A stretch of 64,000 bases of DNA from Selaginella moellendorffii (lineage: Eukaryota; Plantae; Lycopodiophyta). Positions 62,420 to 64,000 of this stretch are shown here, one piece after another (the stretch's first letter is position 1; every line of letters starts with the position of its first letter). The stretch spans positions 1,426,056 to 1,490,055 of the forward strand of contig NW_003314288.1 of assembly GCF_000143415.4 (NCBI RefSeq), in the 5' to 3' direction. The translations under genes were made by a program, and so were the position numbers. The notes below the pieces were generated by a model. The model saw only the letters and a program-made list of their open reading frames with translations. It did not search any database and was not told the DNA's origin.

Positions 62420-64000
62420 ATGGCCTCTACAAGTGCGACGCATGTTCCCTCCGTGGATCTTAAGAACCGTGCTACATGGATTCAGGCAAAGGTGTTTCTA
62501 AACAACCCCGAGGGGGAGGTGGTAGCTGAGGGCTTAGCCACAGTTGTCGATCCAAGAGATGCGGTTGCTAATCAAGAATTGGGCTGGGATGATATTGGAG
62601 TTGCGATTTTAGAGGTTGTTGACACAGAAGAAAACAGTCTGACTATTGGAAGCATTGTGCGGTGGAAATTGAGGCATTTAGTGTTTGAGAATGTGAAGGA
62701 TTCACAATCAAACACCACTACAACTGATGACAGAACATCTCTTCATGGGAAAAGAAAGTACACCTTCCTACAGCGCAGCCAAAGGGATCTGAGCAACGAA
62801 CCGAAAAGGCAGAAAATGGCGATGGAGGTTCGAATGGTCTCGACAGTTGCTTGTTGCAAGAGGAGGTGCTGTCAACATGCTGATTGGGATGCTATTGAAG
62901 AGGAGAGAGCAAGATACAAGACATTGTCCTGGAAGGCAGCTCGCAATTTTGTGTATGAGGCATTATGGTCATCTGTTGATGCTTCAGAACATCAGGTGGG
63001 GGGCATGGTCTTCCAGAGGGGTTTGGTCTGCATGAAGGCATGGAGAATCATTTATGGAGTCCCTCGAACCACAATCTACAGAATCAAAACTGAGTTCGAG
63101 GAACAAAGGGTTCAACAGGCAGTCCATGGGAACAACGGTACTCACAAAACCAGGGGTCATGTTGTATATGGAGAGGCAATCTTCAAGAGGTTTGTCGAGA
63201 CATGTAGCGAGCAGCAACCACATAAAACCCGCCTCTTGGAAGATGGAACACGAGACACCCAACGAGTTCTCCCTTCCATGTATACCAAGAGGGCCATATT
63301 GGAAGATGTGAATCGGGAACTCCAGAGTAATGGCTACAGGAAGCTGAGCCAATCTAGATTTAGTAGATTGTGGAGCAACAGGTTTAGGGATGTGAGTATA
63401 GGAAAGTACTCCAGCTTTTCAAAGTGTGATGAGTGCACTGCTATCAAAATGGCTTTGTCGAAGAATTCTTGCATCGCTCAAGAGCGAGAGACGTTGGTTA
63501 GAAGGCGGCTCGACCACAACATCGAGCAGAGAAGCTACAGGACTGCATATTATCATAACAGGATTCTCTCCATGGAGAGACCTGACTCTTACCTCTGCAT
63601 CATCCACGACAAAATGGACCAAAAAAAGACGTGCTTACCTTGACTCAATCCTGCCCCCAAGGCAATCTCTTCATCCATGCAGTTGCCTGTGTCTTTGTTT
63701 AGCATAATCGCTCATGGGCATGGTGCTCAGAACTATGGGAACTTCTTTGTACCTCTATGGGGTGGCGGGGGTGCAAACATGATGATTGCGTCCCTAGCAA
63801 AACACTTAAGGTCTCTGCAAAATGAGTAGACTGAGCTGAACGGCCAACCCTTGCATAAGGCCCTTGTCGATCGAACCCCATACAGGGTTCAGCTGGAGGA
63901 GGAGCAAAGGCTTGCAGTATCGCGTGGGGCCCCATGCCATCTCAGTGAATATGTTGGCCGTCAGATTGTAGGGTTATCACGTGAGGCCTCATGCCATTCC
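62420..64000 (+). pseudogene. Sola1-like transposase of copy 2 (5' part)
   Basis: Near-identical to 40200-41775 (minus). Reads through the copy-1 stop but has its own CGA>TGA at 63641-63643 and a TAG at about 63826. Confidence 0.9.

Larger units (their letters stand above)
57265..64000. mobile_element. Second, inverted and internally deleted copy of the Sola1-like element (runs off the window)
   Basis: Starts with the TIR AAGCTCTATTTCGTTAAAGTGGGA and is the reverse complement of 50671 back to about 40200. It lacks about 46852-50097, 45494-45618, 43712-43944 and 41773-42018. Confidence 0.95.

Overview
Eukaryotic, repeat-dense plant genomic DNA. The very short GT-AG introns (about 50 nt), PLS-class PPR genes and chromovirus elements suggest a non-seed plant such as Selaginella; this is an inference. 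Most of the window is nested transposon debris: several Ty3/gypsy LTR retrotransposons and solo LTRs, a 5S-rRNA-bearing Cassandra-type TRIM with a solo LTR, and a full-length hAT element with an 8-bp TSD. Broken host genes (alpha-L-fucosidase, SEC16, PPR) lie among them. The most notable feature is a 12.4-kb TIR DNA transposon (38268-50671) with a Sola1-like DDD transposase. It carries a divergently transcribed, multi-exon cargo gene that appears to fuse a ParB/Srx-like domain, a degenerate bacterial-type beta-class (N4C/N6A) DNA amino-methyltransferase fold and an FCP1/NIF HAD-phosphatase domain. The element contains about 20 copies of a 20-22 bp palindrome (ATGGCRTGWGGCCWCAYGCCAT), mostly in introns and spacers. 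A 287-bp MITE of the same family (29420-29706, 4-bp TSD) keeps the TIRs and two palindromes. A second, inverted and internally deleted copy starts at 57265. It truncates a separate spliced amino-methyltransferase-like gene (about 54661-57264, minus strand) whose SAM-binding exon is missing from the ORF track. All domain calls come from motif recognition by eye and need HMM or structure confirmation.
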